Notes: generated from the letters alone by a model not told the origin. DNA of 64,000 bases from an uncultured bacterium (GCA_963801165.1 CAWDDT010000010.1:64001-128000), one strand, 5' to 3'. Positions 45,640 to 55,694 are shown, numbered from the stretch's first letter. Translations and numbers: made by a program.

Positions 45640-46863
45640 CTACGTGCGATCGAACCGTGCGACGCATTCGATATGGAAGGTCTGCGGGAACATGTCGACC
45701 GGCGTGACAGTCGACAGCTCGTAGCCGGCCGCAGCCAGGAGCGCGGTGTCTCTGGCGAGGCTGGCCGGGTCACAGGAGACATAGACGAGGGTGCGCGGTT
45801 CCGCCGCGGTGACCGCTGCGATCCCGGTTTCGCCGAGACCCTTGCGCGGTGGGTCGGCGATGGCGACGTCCCAGTACTCGCCGATCCCCTCGATGGCACG
45901 TTCGAGGGTGTCGCCGATCACCCGGTAGTCCGCGACTCGGGCGCGGTTCAGGTTGGCCTGGAGGTCATGTGCAGCCGTCTCGTCGACCTCGACGGCGACG
46001 ACCCGGCCTGCGCTTCGCCCGACCGCCGCGGCAAAGAGGCCTCCGCCGGCGTACGTATCGAGCAGCGTGTCGTCGGAGCCGACGCCGGCGGCGGTATCAA
46101 CAAGGCGTACGAGCTCTTCCGCCCCGGCGGTGTTGTTCTGGAAGAACGAGAGGCCCGTGACGCGAAAGGGGAGCCCGGCAACGGTCTCCTCGAGCACGGG
46201 CTCGCCGTGTACGGCCCGGAGCCGCCCGTCCTCGACGACGGCGACGCGACATCCCCACGATGACGCCTGAGGCGGCAGCGGGCCGGTCACGATCGCCAGC
46301 GTTTCCCCTGTCGTCGTTGCGGTGCGCAGCGTTATCGCGGTTGCAGCACCGAGGTCACCGAGGTCGACGAAAAGCGATGCGAGGGCGGGGTCGAGTAGCG
46401 AGCACTCGTGCAGGGGGACCAGCCGGCGCGAACCTCGTGCGTACAGCGCCGGCCGCCCGCCAACCACCCGGTAATCCATACGGTTGCGATAGCCGTAGGG
46501 CGGACCGGGAGCAACCGTAGGCGAGACGGGTGGGTCGGGATGGCGGCCCAGGTGAGCCAGCTGACCGATCACGACCGAGCGTTTCCATTCGAGTTGTGCA
46601 GCGTAGGCGCCGTGCTGCCACTGACAACCCCCGCACTCGCCGAAATGCCGACACCGCGGCGTCACCCGATCCGGTGAGGGCTCGTCGACGGTGGTCAACC
46701 TGATCGTGCCCCACGACGGTTTGTCGCGCTCGATCGAGCCGGTGATCGTTTCTCCCGGAAGGGCACCATCGACGAAATACGTTTTGCCGTCGACGCGGGC
46801 GACAGCCGAGCCGCCGTGAGCCATATCGGTCGTCCTCGTATGTATCTGGTCGCCGATGCTCAC
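45640..46863 (-). CDS. rlmD: 23S rRNA (uracil-5)-methyltransferase RlmD/RumA family
   Basis: TRAM domain, CRHFGECGGCQWQH, SFFQNN, DPPRKG, YVSCDPASLARD, DMFPQTFHIE. Confidence 0.88.
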   Translation of the reverse strand: MSIGDQIHTRTTDMAHGGSAVARVDGKTYFVDGALPGETITGSIERDKPSWGTIRLTTVDEPSPDRVTPRCRHFGECGGCQWQHGAYAAQLEWKRSVVIGQLAHLGRHPDPPVSPTVAPGPPYGYRNRMDYRVVGGRPALYARGSRRLVPLHECSLLDPALASLFVDLGDLGAATAITLRTATTTGETLAIVTGPLPPQASSWGCRVAVVEDGRLRAVHGEPVLEETVAGLPFRVTGLSFFQNNTAGAEELVRLVDTAAGVGSDDTLLDTYAGGGLFAAAVGRSAGRVVAVEVDETAAHDLQANLNRARVADYRVIGDTLERAIEGIGEYWDVAIADPPRKGLGETGIAAVTAAEPRTLVYVSCDPASLARDTALLAAAGYELSTVTPVDMFPQTFHIECVARFDRT

Positions 46864-46898
46864 TCCTGTCGCTGCGAAGGCAGACTACCCTCCGTCCG

Positions 46899-47255
46899 AT
46901 GCTTGCCTTTCATCATGCGTGGTTTTTCGTCGCGGTGATCACGACCGGTGTGGTCGGTCTGTGGGGAACCGTCCTCGGCTTCGCCAAACGCCCGGCACCC
47001 CCGCTGTTCCGGTACGCCCGCTGGGCCGCGTTCGGAACAATGGGGATCCAGGTGTCGGCCGGTCTGGTCCTGTACGGCAGGGGGCTCCGGCCCCAGAACG
47101 CATTTCACGTCTTCTACGGTGTGGTGATCGTCTTCACCTTCGCCATCGCCTACATATACCGCGTCCAGCTCGACCGAAGGCCCGAACTGTTCTACGGTTT
47201 GTTGCTTCTTTTTGTCATGGGCCTGGGCCTGCGGGCATGGGCGAACGTGCACTGA
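46899..47255 (+). CDS. Small integral membrane protein (about 4 TM)
   Basis: Hydrophobic 118-aa ORF, FHVFYG motif. Confidence 0.7.
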   Translation: MLAFHHAWFFVAVITTGVVGLWGTVLGFAKRPAPPLFRYARWAAFGTMGIQVSAGLVLYGRGLRPQNAFHVFYGVVIVFTFAIAYIYRVQLDRRPELFYGLLLLFVMGLGLRAWANVH

Positions 47256-47321
47256 TCAGAAAAGACCGCCGTTCCCTGAGTACGATGCGGTCCTGTTCCA
47301 GATCGGCCCTGAGGAGGCGCA

Positions 47322-48107
47322 ATGCTGCTCGAAGGAAAACGACTCGTAATCACCGGTGTGCTAACCGATGACTCAATCGCGTTCCACACGGCACGAGTCG
47401 CTCAGGAACAGGGTGCGAAGCTCGTTCTGACCGGGTTCGGACGAGCCATGCGGCTGACCCAGCGCGCCGCCAAACGGCTGCCCGTCCCGCCCGACGTCCT
47501 CGAGCTCGACATCAACAGCGAGGACGACATGAAGAGCCTCGTTGCCGATCTGACGACACGGTGGGGCGCCGTCGACGGTGCACTCCATGCGATCGCATAT
47601 GCGCCCGGCGATGCCCTCGGCGGCAACTTCATGACCACGCCGGCTGAGAGCGCGGCTACGGCGTTTCTCACATCTGCCTTCTCGTACAAGACCCTTGCCG
47701 TCGGCCTTCGCCCGCTGCTCCAGGCTGCAGGCGGGGGATCGCTTGTCGCCCTCGATTTCGACAACACCCAGGCGTGGCCGCTCTACGACTGGATGGGCGT
47801 CGCCAAGGCCGGTCTCCAGGCGGTGACCCGATACCTCGCACGGTACCTGGGCCCCGACGACATCCGGGTGAACGCCGTTGCGGCCGGGCCGCTCAGCACC
47901 GTCGCCGCAAAATCGATCCCACATTTCGAGGTGTTCGAAAGGGAGTGGGCGGTGCGTGCTCCGCTGGGCTGGGACGTCGCCGACGCGACTCCGGTAGCTC
48001 AGATGGTTGCGGTCCTACTGTCGGACTGGTCGGCGATGACCACCGGCGAGGTCGTTCACGTCGACGGCGGCTTTCACGCGATAGCGGCGGGTTCCGAGCC
48101 CTCGTAG
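47322..48107 (+). CDS. fabI: Enoyl-ACP reductase FabI/InhA
   Basis: LEGKRLVITGVLTDDSIAF, YDWMGVAKA, TTGEVVHVDGG; GAGGAGG RBS. Confidence 0.93.
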   Translation: MLLEGKRLVITGVLTDDSIAFHTARVAQEQGAKLVLTGFGRAMRLTQRAAKRLPVPPDVLELDINSEDDMKSLVADLTTRWGAVDGALHAIAYAPGDALGGNFMTTPAESAATAFLTSAFSYKTLAVGLRPLLQAAGGGSLVALDFDNTQAWPLYDWMGVAKAGLQAVTRYLARYLGPDDIRVNAVAAGPLSTVAAKSIPHFEVFEREWAVRAPLGWDVADATPVAQMVAVLLSDWSAMTTGEVVHVDGGFHAIAAGSEPS

Positions 48108-49936
48108 CGGACCCGGGCGTTCTTGGCCAGTGCCACGGTGAAGGTGGCGCCGCCGCCCGAGGTGGGCTGGAACCAGACCCGTCCCCCGATAACCTCGGAG
48201 AGGCCACGAACGATCGACAACCCAAGTCCGGTACCGCCGGCCGACCTGGTGTAGTGAGGGGCGAGCTGAGTGAACCGATCGAAGATGTGATCGTGTAACT
48301 CGTACGGGATTCCCTCGCCGTGATCGATCACCGAGATCCAGATTTCGTTTCCGTTGAGCATTGCGATGATGTCGATCGGGCTCCCCGGTGCATATTTGAG
48401 CGCGTTGCCGACGAGATTCACAAGGATCCGCTGTAGGTGATCGGGATCGGTCTCCACCGAATCCACACCCGGGCCCATCTGCACGTAGGTGACCTCGGCG
48501 GCGTCCGGGATGTGGGCGACGGTGTCCTCGATGAAGTCCTGGAGGTGAATGAGCTCGGGGCGGACGGGCAAGGCCTTGTTGTCGAGCCGGGAAACAACGA
48601 GGAGGTCTTCGATCAACGATCTGAGCCGGTTCGCCTGGCGGCTGGCCGTGTCGATCAACTGCTGAGCGCTCGGATCCGGGTGAGCGAGCTGGGGGCGTTG
48701 CAGCGTGCTGAGAGAGCCGATGATGGCAGTCAACGGCGTGCGCAGCTCGTGGCTGACCACACTGACGAAGTCGGTCTTCAGCTGGGCGAGCTCCATTGCC
48801 TTCTGGCTCGTCTCCTGAGCCTCCTCGTAGCGAGCCAGCTGGTTGAGCACGAGCGCAGACGGTCCTGCCAGAGACTCCAGGAGGGCGAGATCGCCGACGG
48901 TGAAATGGCTGTCGCGCTTCTCGGCGGTTATCAGCACGCCGATGGGTCGGGACTCGATGCGCAAAGGAACGGCGGCGATCTCGTGGCTGCCGAGCTCGAG
49001 CAGGAAGGCGTCCGCCTCGTCCGCGTTCTCCTCGAGGTTGGTGAACACAGCCGGCTCACCGCTCGTGAACACCTTCTGGGCGATGCTCGGCTGAGTCAGC
49101 GGCAGCGAGTAACCCTCGGCGCGCAACGTCTGGCCGGCCACCCAGATCGGGGACATCACTTCCAACGCCTCCTGATCGCGCCGGTACAGCAGTACGACGC
49201 CCACCCTGGCCTCGACCGCATTGGCTACGCGTCCCACCAGCTCGGGGAGTACCTCTGACAGGTTGCTGCCGATGCCGATCGTCCGGGAGACGTCGTACAG
49301 CCGCTGCAGCTCCTGTTCCTGTTCGGACAGGTACATCTCACGCGCCTCGAACGTGAAAACCCGCCGGGCGGCTTCCTCGACGTGGCGATGCAGGTTGCCG
49401 GCGCCGACGGCGACCAGGGTTGCGGCGATGGAGAACGCGACGATCCGCCACAGCCGTGTGTCCGAGCTGATGTCCGCTGCTCCTGTGATGAGCGCAAAGG
49501 CACCGGTCGCGGCGATGGCGACTCCGGCGACGTAGACCCCGCGGAGAGAGATCAAGGCAGGGAGGATGGTCGCGGCGAGGATAGCGATGGCGACGACCGT
49601 GGCGTCTGCGTTGGCGCCGAGCAGCACCACGGCCATGACGATCAGGAACGACCAGAAGAGAATGGTGAGGTCCGCCACGATCGACCGCAAGATCCGGGGC
49701 CAGGGAGCGATGGTGAGCAACACGAGCGCGACCCCGAATGCGGGAAAGCTGGCTCCGAGCAGCGACTTGTCCGCACGGCTGCGGGCGACGCCGACCGCGA
49801 TGTACGCAATCCAGTTGAGGGCGAGAACGATGTAGACCGCACGCACCCTGTGCCTGATTGGGGGTATCTCCGATGTCAAGTGAGACCTTCCCACAGTATT
49901 CGATGTAGCCCTCTCGCCACGGTAACCTCTTTGCAT
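48074..49936 (-). CDS. Membrane GAF-domain sensor histidine kinase (start uncertain, likely downstream of 49936)
   Basis: TM region, GAF domain, VSHELRTPLT, NLVGNALKY, GTGLGL. Confidence 0.85.
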   Translation of the reverse strand: MQRGYRGERATSNTVGRSHLTSEIPPIRHRVRAVYIVLALNWIAYIAVGVARSRADKSLLGASFPAFGVALVLLTIAPWPRILRSIVADLTILFWSFLIVMAVVLLGANADATVVAIAILAATILPALISLRGVYVAGVAIAATGAFALITGAADISSDTRLWRIVAFSIAATLVAVGAGNLHRHVEEAARRVFTFEAREMYLSEQEQELQRLYDVSRTIGIGSNLSEVLPELVGRVANAVEARVGVVLLYRRDQEALEVMSPIWVAGQTLRAEGYSLPLTQPSIAQKVFTSGEPAVFTNLEENADEADAFLLELGSHEIAAVPLRIESRPIGVLITAEKRDSHFTVGDLALLESLAGPSALVLNQLARYEEAQETSQKAMELAQLKTDFVSVVSHELRTPLTAIIGSLSTLQRPQLAHPDPSAQQLIDTASRQANRLRSLIEDLLVVSRLDNKALPVRPELIHLQDFIEDTVAHIPDAAEVTYVQMGPGVDSVETDPDHLQRILVNLVGNALKYAPGSPIDIIAMLNGNEIWISVIDHGEGIPYELHDHIFDRFTQLAPHYTRSAGGTGLGLSIVRGLSEVIGGRVWFQPTSGGGATFTVALAKNARVRYEGSEPAAIA

Positions 49937-50954
49937 GGCTCGTGTGCTTCTGTTGTTCGGCGGCAGGTCGGCCGAACATGAGGTTTCATGTGTATCGGCT
50001 GTCGCTGTCCTGAACGCCCTGCGTGACGCAGGGCACCAGGTTATATCGGTTGGGATCGATCATTCGGGATCCTGGTTCCTCGCCGACGATGGCCGCAACC
50101 CGATGGTGGCTGCCGGGCGGCCCGTCTCGTTCCGGGTTCCCGAAGGAAGACTGCTCGTGGGCAACGACGAGATCCTCTTCGATATTGCCTTTCCGGTGCT
50201 GCACGGTCCATACGGCGAGGATGGTTCGATCCAGGGCATGTTCGAGATGTCCGGCACGGCGTTTGTCGGCTGCGGGGTGACCGCATCGGCGCTGGCAATG
50301 GAGAAGGACTTCGCCAAACAGATCTTCACCCAGCAGCGCATCCCAACAGCTAGATGGCTGGCGTTCACCGCAGATGACTTTGCCAATCCGGCCGCCGTTG
50401 TCGCGTCGGTGACGCGGCACCTCGGGTTGCCGGTGTTCGTCAAGCCTGCCGAGTTGGGGTCCTCGGTCGGCGTGAGTAAGGCCAGCACCGAGGGAGATCT
50501 CAAGGACGGCATCAGGGAAGCGCTCCGCTACGGCTCCAAGGTGGTTGTGGAGGAATCCGTGGACGGGCGCGAGATCGAAGTCGCCGTTCTCGGCGGTCAG
50601 GCGTCGGTGCCGGGTGAGATCAGGATCGAGACTGAGTGGTACGACTACAACACGAAGTACAACGATGACACCAGCGAGTTCGTTGCCCCGGCACGGTTGA
50701 CCCCGCCGCAATCGACCACGGTCCGGGAGATGGCTGAACGGGCCTACGCCGCTCTCGGCTGTAAAGGTTTGGCCAGGGTCGATTTCTTCTTCGAGGAGCG
50801 GGGGCGCGGGTTCTTGATCAACGAGGTGAACACCATGCCCGGATTCACACCCATCTCCGGGTTTCCGACGATGTGGCAAGCGACCGGGATGAGCTACGAA
50901 GAACTCTGCGACGAACTGGTGCAACTCGCCCTCCGCGGCGAATCGCGGACATAG
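49935..50954 (+). CDS. ddl: D-alanine--D-alanine ligase
   Basis: FGGRSAEHEVS, LHGPYGEDG, VKPAELGSSVG, NEVNTMPGFT. Confidence 0.95.
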   Translation: MARVLLLFGGRSAEHEVSCVSAVAVLNALRDAGHQVISVGIDHSGSWFLADDGRNPMVAAGRPVSFRVPEGRLLVGNDEILFDIAFPVLHGPYGEDGSIQGMFEMSGTAFVGCGVTASALAMEKDFAKQIFTQQRIPTARWLAFTADDFANPAAVVASVTRHLGLPVFVKPAELGSSVGVSKASTEGDLKDGIREALRYGSKVVVEESVDGREIEVAVLGGQASVPGEIRIETEWYDYNTKYNDDTSEFVAPARLTPPQSTTVREMAERAYAALGCKGLARVDFFFEERGRGFLINEVNTMPGFTPISGFPTMWQATGMSYEELCDELVQLALRGESRT

Positions 50955-50975
50955 CTCAATCCCGGACACTCAGGC

Positions 50976-51209
50976 TCAGAGCCGCACAACCGGGCAGGTC
51001 AGAGTTCTGGTGATGCCCTCCACAGCTTGGATCCGGGCTACGACGAGCTTCCCGAGCGAATCGACGTCTTCCGCCTGGGTATGGACGACCGCATCGTAGG
51101 GACCGGTCACTGCCTCGCTCGCGATGACTCCTGGAATCTCGCCAATCCGCTGTGCTACTTCTGCAGCTTTGCCGACCTCGGTTTGGATCAGGACGTAAGC
51201 CTCAACCAC
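50976..51209 (-). CDS. Lrp/AsnC ligand-binding domain protein
   Basis: MVEAYVLIQTEVGKA, VTGPYD, GITRTLTCPVV. Confidence 0.88.
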   Translation of the reverse strand: MVEAYVLIQTEVGKAAEVAQRIGEIPGVIASEAVTGPYDAVVHTQAEDVDSLGKLVVARIQAVEGITRTLTCPVVRL

Positions 51210-51331
51210 GGGCCCTCCTCGTGAAGTGGTCTACAAACATGATACCCACGATCGCACTGGTGCACAGGCCCGGATTTGTGTGCCGCCGGGCGGCACATTG
51301 CAGTTTCCTGCGGAAACTGCCGGTCCGCGGC

Positions 51332-51541
51332 TCACCTACCGTCGGCGCCGAACCGGAGGTTGTTTGCCACCAATGCCCCGTCGACATCGTTGGCGTCGAA
51401 AACGACTCGCTGTCCCTGCCGGAGCATGCGGAACGGAGAACCTTGGAGCGATCCGGGTCGAAGCTCGACCTCGTCGCCGTCATCACGACGGATAACACCG
51501 ATTCCGCTGGCGGGATCGTATGCCTTGACCACACCTTGCAT
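51332..51541 (-). CDS. Cold-shock-domain-like (OB-fold) protein
   Basis: MQGVVKAYDPASGIG...LRQGQRVVF; 2 nt after the rpmB stop. Confidence 0.7.
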   Translation of the reverse strand: MQGVVKAYDPASGIGVIRRDDGDEVELRPGSLQGSPFRMLRQGQRVVFDANDVDGALVANNLRFGADGR

Positions 51542-51543
51542 GG

Positions 51544-51732
51544 TCAGGCCTTCTGTACTTTCCCGGCCTTGAGACACGACGTGCAAACTCGCACCCGTTT
51601 GGAATTGCTGCCGTGCTTGACCCGGACACGCTGGATGTTGGGCAGCCAACGCCGGCTCGACCGTTTGTGAGAGAAGCTGACTTGTTTGCCGACCCACGGC
51701 TCTTTGCCGCAGACCTCGCATCGATATGCCAT
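51544..51732 (-). CDS. rpmB: 50S ribosomal protein L28 (zinc-binding type)
   Basis: CEVCGK...SHKRSSRRWLPNIQ...VCTSCLKAGK. Confidence 0.96.
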   Translation of the reverse strand: MAYRCEVCGKEPWVGKQVSFSHKRSSRRWLPNIQRVRVKHGSNSKRVRVCTSCLKAGKVQKA

Positions 51733-51878
51733 GACGGGGAAACCTCCTGAGGCGGCGGGCGAGTGTACCAGCGTTTTACCTCGATCCCGAATGCCGCGGC
51801 CCGGTTATGGGTACACCAGAGAACACCCCGGGGACGAGATGCACATGAACCATACCAAATGCTGATACGTTCTCAACC

Positions 51879-54071
51879 ATGGCAGGCAGATCCCTCTCAT
51901 ATCTATCCGGGATACCGGTCGAGCGGGTCAAGGACATCGGGCCGGCGACCGTCAAGAAGCTGAACAAGGCGGGGATCCGGTCTGTGACCGATCTCTTGTT
52001 CCACGTGCCTCGCCGCTACCTCGACCGGTCGCAGCTGTTCGATCTCTCTGACGTCCCACTCGACGAAGAGGTTACGGTCGGCGGGACCGTGACCAAGGTC
52101 GACCAACGCCGGCTGTCGAAGAACCGTCTGATGACCAAGGCCTTGATCACCGACGGCACGAACGTGATCACCTGCACCTGGTTTCGCAAGTACATGAAAC
52201 TGAACCAGGGAGCCGTCATACTGCTCTCAGGCAAGGTCGAGCGGTGGCAGGGCCTGCTGCAGATGAAGAACCCGGATTTTGAGTTCTGGGGGACCGACGA
52301 TGCCCTGGTGACCGGGCGCATCGTTCCGGTACATCCCCAGGTGGGCGGGTATCGGCCCTGGCAGATGAGACAGGCGATCGACAACGCACTGAAGCGCTCC
52401 CAGCCGATCACCGAGGTGCTCCCGCTGGAGATCCTGGCCCGGGTGGGCCTGATGGATCGGGACGCAGCATTCAGTGCCATCCATTTCCCGGACTCGTGGG
52501 ACGAGGCGAAGCAGGCGCGCCGTCGTCTCGTCTTCGACGAGCTGTTCCGTCTCGAGATCTCGCTGGCAATGCAAAAGCAGCAACAGATCGCCGACGCAAC
52601 CGGCATCAGACACGATCCGGCCCGCGAGACGGTGGGACAGTTCGTATCTGCCCTGCCCTACGAGCTCACCGGCGCCCAGACGAGGGCTATCGGTGAGATT
52701 CAGAAAGATATGGCAGCGCCGCATCCGATGCACCGGCTGCTACAGGGCGAGGTTGGCTCGGGCAAGACAGTGGTGGCGGTCACGGCCCTCCTAACCGCGG
52801 TGCAGAGCGGGTACCAGGGTGCGGTGATGGCTCCTACCGAGGTTCTGGCAGAGCAGCACTATCTCGGGATTCGTGACCTCCTCGAAGCCGCCGGGCTGGC
52901 GCCGGGTTACGTGGATCCGGCCGGCAGCGCAGGGACGGAGAGTCTGTTTGCGCCGGACACGGCGGGCGAGACCGCCGATATGCCGATGGTCAAGCTAGCG
53001 TTGCTGACTTCCAACAGCGCCGAGGTCAACTACCTGCCGCCGGGGAAGGCGACACGCTCCGATGTGCTGGCGGGGATTGCCCGTGGCGAGGTCGATCTGG
53101 TCGTCGGGACACACTCGCTGATTCAGGAAGGCGTGGCGTTCTACCGGCTCGGGCTCGCCGTCGTCGATGAACAGCACCGGTTTGGCGTCTATCAGCGTGT
53201 GCAACTGCGTGAGAAGGCGGCCGACTACGACCCGGATCTGCTCATCATGACCGCAACGCCGATTCCGCGGACGCTGTCGATGACTCTGTACGGCGATCTC
53301 GACGTATCCGTGCTCGACGAGATGCCCCCGGGCCGGATCCCGGTGCGAACAGTCCATGTGACGCGAACGGGCCCGGCGCTGGCGCAGGTGTACGACCTGG
53401 TGCGATCTCAGGTGGGTGCCGGGCGCCAGGCGTTCGTGGTGTGCCCGCTCGTGGAGGAAAGCGAGAAACTCGAAGTGAAGTCGGCCACCGAGGAGCACGA
53501 ACGGCTGCGCGGGATCTTCCCCGATCTCAGGTTGGGGTTGATCCACGGTCAGCTGCGTCCCGCCGAGAAGGACGATGTGATGCATCGATTCCGGGAGGGC
53601 GAGGTCGACGTCCTGGTGGCGACGACGGTCATCGAGGTCGGCATCGACATCCCGAACGCCACTCTCATGATCATCGAGGACGCGGATCGGTTCGGGCTCA
53701 GCCAGCTGCACCAGCTCCGGGGCCGGGTCGGGCGGGGCGAGCACGCTTCCACGTGTGTCTTGATCGCCGGGCCGACCACGCCGCAAGGCGAGGAGAGGAT
53801 CAAGGCGATGGTGGCTACGACCGACGGCTTTCGGCTCGCCGAGGAGGATCTGCGAATCAGGGGTCAGGGCACGGTTTTTGGTGAGCGGCAGGCGGGGATG
53901 AAGGATCTGAGGTTGGCCGACATCTTGCGCGATGCCGACCTGTTGGTGCAGGCTCGTGCCGAGGCATTCGATCTCGTCGCGGGCGACCCGAAGCTGGATC
54001 GGCATCAGCCGATACGTGACGAGGTCGTGGCGATGTTGGGTGACGATGTCGAGTGGTTGTTCCGATCATGA
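51879..54071 (+). CDS. recG: ATP-dependent DNA helicase RecG
   Basis: LLQGEVGSGKT, DEQHRFG, MTATPIPRTL, QLHQLRGRVGRG. Confidence 0.96.
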   Translation: MAGRSLSYLSGIPVERVKDIGPATVKKLNKAGIRSVTDLLFHVPRRYLDRSQLFDLSDVPLDEEVTVGGTVTKVDQRRLSKNRLMTKALITDGTNVITCTWFRKYMKLNQGAVILLSGKVERWQGLLQMKNPDFEFWGTDDALVTGRIVPVHPQVGGYRPWQMRQAIDNALKRSQPITEVLPLEILARVGLMDRDAAFSAIHFPDSWDEAKQARRRLVFDELFRLEISLAMQKQQQIADATGIRHDPARETVGQFVSALPYELTGAQTRAIGEIQKDMAAPHPMHRLLQGEVGSGKTVVAVTALLTAVQSGYQGAVMAPTEVLAEQHYLGIRDLLEAAGLAPGYVDPAGSAGTESLFAPDTAGETADMPMVKLALLTSNSAEVNYLPPGKATRSDVLAGIARGEVDLVVGTHSLIQEGVAFYRLGLAVVDEQHRFGVYQRVQLREKAADYDPDLLIMTATPIPRTLSMTLYGDLDVSVLDEMPPGRIPVRTVHVTRTGPALAQVYDLVRSQVGAGRQAFVVCPLVEESEKLEVKSATEEHERLRGIFPDLRLGLIHGQLRPAEKDDVMHRFREGEVDVLVATTVIEVGIDIPNATLMIIEDADRFGLSQLHQLRGRVGRGEHASTCVLIAGPTTPQGEERIKAMVATTDGFRLAEEDLRIRGQGTVFGERQAGMKDLRLADILRDADLLVQARAEAFDLVAGDPKLDRHQPIRDEVVAMLGDDVEWLFRS

Positions 54072-54610
54072 GGATCATCGCCGGGTCGGCGCGCAGCCGG
54101 CGGTTGCAGGCACCACAGGGGCAGACGACCCGTCCGATGACCGATCGTGTCCGCGAATCGCTGTTCTCGTCGATCGCCGCCTGGATTCCGGGCAGTGTCG
54201 TTTTCGACCTCTACGCCGGGACGGGGGCGATGGGGCTCGAGGCGCTGAGCCGCGGGGCTGCTGCGGTCACGTTCGTCGAACGCGACCGGCGTGCGCTTGG
54301 CGCACTTCGTAGCAACATTGAGGTGGTCGGGCTCGGCGGTTCGGTCGTTGCGGGTGACGTCGACGTTTTTTTGGACGGGACCAAAGAGGTATGCGACCTG
54401 GCGTTCGTTGACCCCCCATATGCCGTAACGCTACCGTCGCTCGTGGAGACGGTCACGAGGCTGCCTCGAGTGATGGCGTACGGTGGGTTGGTGATCGTGC
54501 ATCGTCGGTCCGGGGAGCAGCCACCGGCCGGTATCGCCTCACTCAACCTGGTGGAGGAGCGGTCATACGGAAGTGCCGTACTCTGGCGGTATACAAAGGA
54601 GCGGCCTTGA
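54068..54610 (+). CDS. rsmD: 16S rRNA (guanine966-N2)-methyltransferase
   Basis: MRIIAG, TRPMTDRVRESLF, DLYAGTGAMGLEALSRGA, DPPY. Confidence 0.93.
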   Translation: MRIIAGSARSRRLQAPQGQTTRPMTDRVRESLFSSIAAWIPGSVVFDLYAGTGAMGLEALSRGAAAVTFVERDRRALGALRSNIEVVGLGGSVVAGDVDVFLDGTKEVCDLAFVDPPYAVTLPSLVETVTRLPRVMAYGGLVIVHRRSGEQPPAGIASLNLVEERSYGSAVLWRYTKERP

Positions 54611-54644
54611 AAGCGAAGCGGCTTTGAAAGCGAGGCGACCGTGA
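54607..54644 (+). repeat. 17-bp repeat x2 forming coupled mini-ORFs between rsmD and coaD
   Basis: TTGAAAGCGAAGCGGCT / TTGAAAGCGAGGCGACC / GTGA. Confidence 0.8.
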
Positions 54645-55120
54645 TAGCGGCGTTGGTTCCCGGAAGTTTTGATCCCCCGACCAAGGGTCATCTCGACGTC
54701 ATAGAGCGGTGTGCTGGTCTATTCGATCGGGTCCTCGTCGCCATTGTCGAGAACCCGGCCAAAGCACCGATGTTCACCACCGAGGAGCGGGTCGAGATGC
54801 TCGAGAAGTGCGTGGCGAGCTGGCCAAATGTCGAGGTCGGCTCGTTCTCCGGGCTGCTTGTCGACTATTGCGCTCAGGAGGGCATCGATGTCATCGTGAA
54901 GGGTCTGCGGGCGATGACCGACTTCGACTACGAGTTCCAGATGTCACAGATGAACCGTCATTTGAGCGGAATTGTGACGCTTTTCGTGGCAACTAAGGCA
55001 GAATACGGGTATCTATCGTCGTCTCTGGTGAAGCAGGTTGCCGAGCTGGGGGGTGCGGTCGACAAGCTCGTGCCGCCGATCGTGGTCGCAGCAATAGAAG
55101 AACGGTTAGCGAATGAGTGA
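54641..55120 (+). CDS. coaD: Pantetheine-phosphate adenylyltransferase
   Basis: PGSFDPPTKGH, KGLRAMTDFDYE, LSSSLVK. Confidence 0.96.
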   Translation: MIAALVPGSFDPPTKGHLDVIERCAGLFDRVLVAIVENPAKAPMFTTEERVEMLEKCVASWPNVEVGSFSGLLVDYCAQEGIDVIVKGLRAMTDFDYEFQMSQMNRHLSGIVTLFVATKAEYGYLSSSLVKQVAELGGAVDKLVPPIVVAAIEERLANE

Positions 55121-55694
55121 CCAACCGCAAACAGATCCGCCGCCCATTCCGGGTGACGTGCTCGATCTGGTAGAGCAGACACAGGGTGACGTCAGGGCAG
55201 CCCTCGATCAGCTGATCGTCGAGGTGGAGGCAGCGAAGAACGTGCCGCTTTCCAACAGCGTCATGCTTCCCCGCGAGGAGTTCATCGAGCGGATGCGCTC
55301 CATCCGGTCGGCAGTCGATCGGATGCTGGGCGACGCGGTCGTCGGCATGCCCGAGGAGCTACGGGCCGCCCGCTGGATGGTGCGCGAGCGTGAGGCCTAC
55401 ATCGCCCGTACCAACGAGAGTGCCCGCGAGATGATCGCCAAGGCGAAACAGCGCAGCGAGGACCTCGTCTCGGAGAGCTACATAGTCGCCGAGGCGGTGG
55501 AGGAAGCCAACACCCTGGTACGTAATGCCGAGAAGCAGGCGGAGCGAATCCGGCTCGAGGCCGAGGATGTGGCCGAACGCTCGCTTTCCGAGGCCGAGAC
55601 GGTGCTGGGCGAGTTGCTCCGGTATGTACACGAGTCGCGGGCGGCGCTACACGAGCCGCTGCCACCAGCAGACGACGTTCCCATCTCGCAGTGA
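55113..55694 (+). CDS. Coiled-coil protein typically between coaD and yceD (SepIVA/YlbL-region-like)
   Basis: AKNVPLS...MPEELRAARWMVRERE; synteny. Confidence 0.7.
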   Translation: MSDQPQTDPPPIPGDVLDLVEQTQGDVRAALDQLIVEVEAAKNVPLSNSVMLPREEFIERMRSIRSAVDRMLGDAVVGMPEELRAARWMVREREAYIARTNESAREMIAKAKQRSEDLVSESYIVAEAVEEANTLVRNAEKQAERIRLEAEDVAERSLSEAETVLGELLRYVHESRAALHEPLPPADDVPISQ

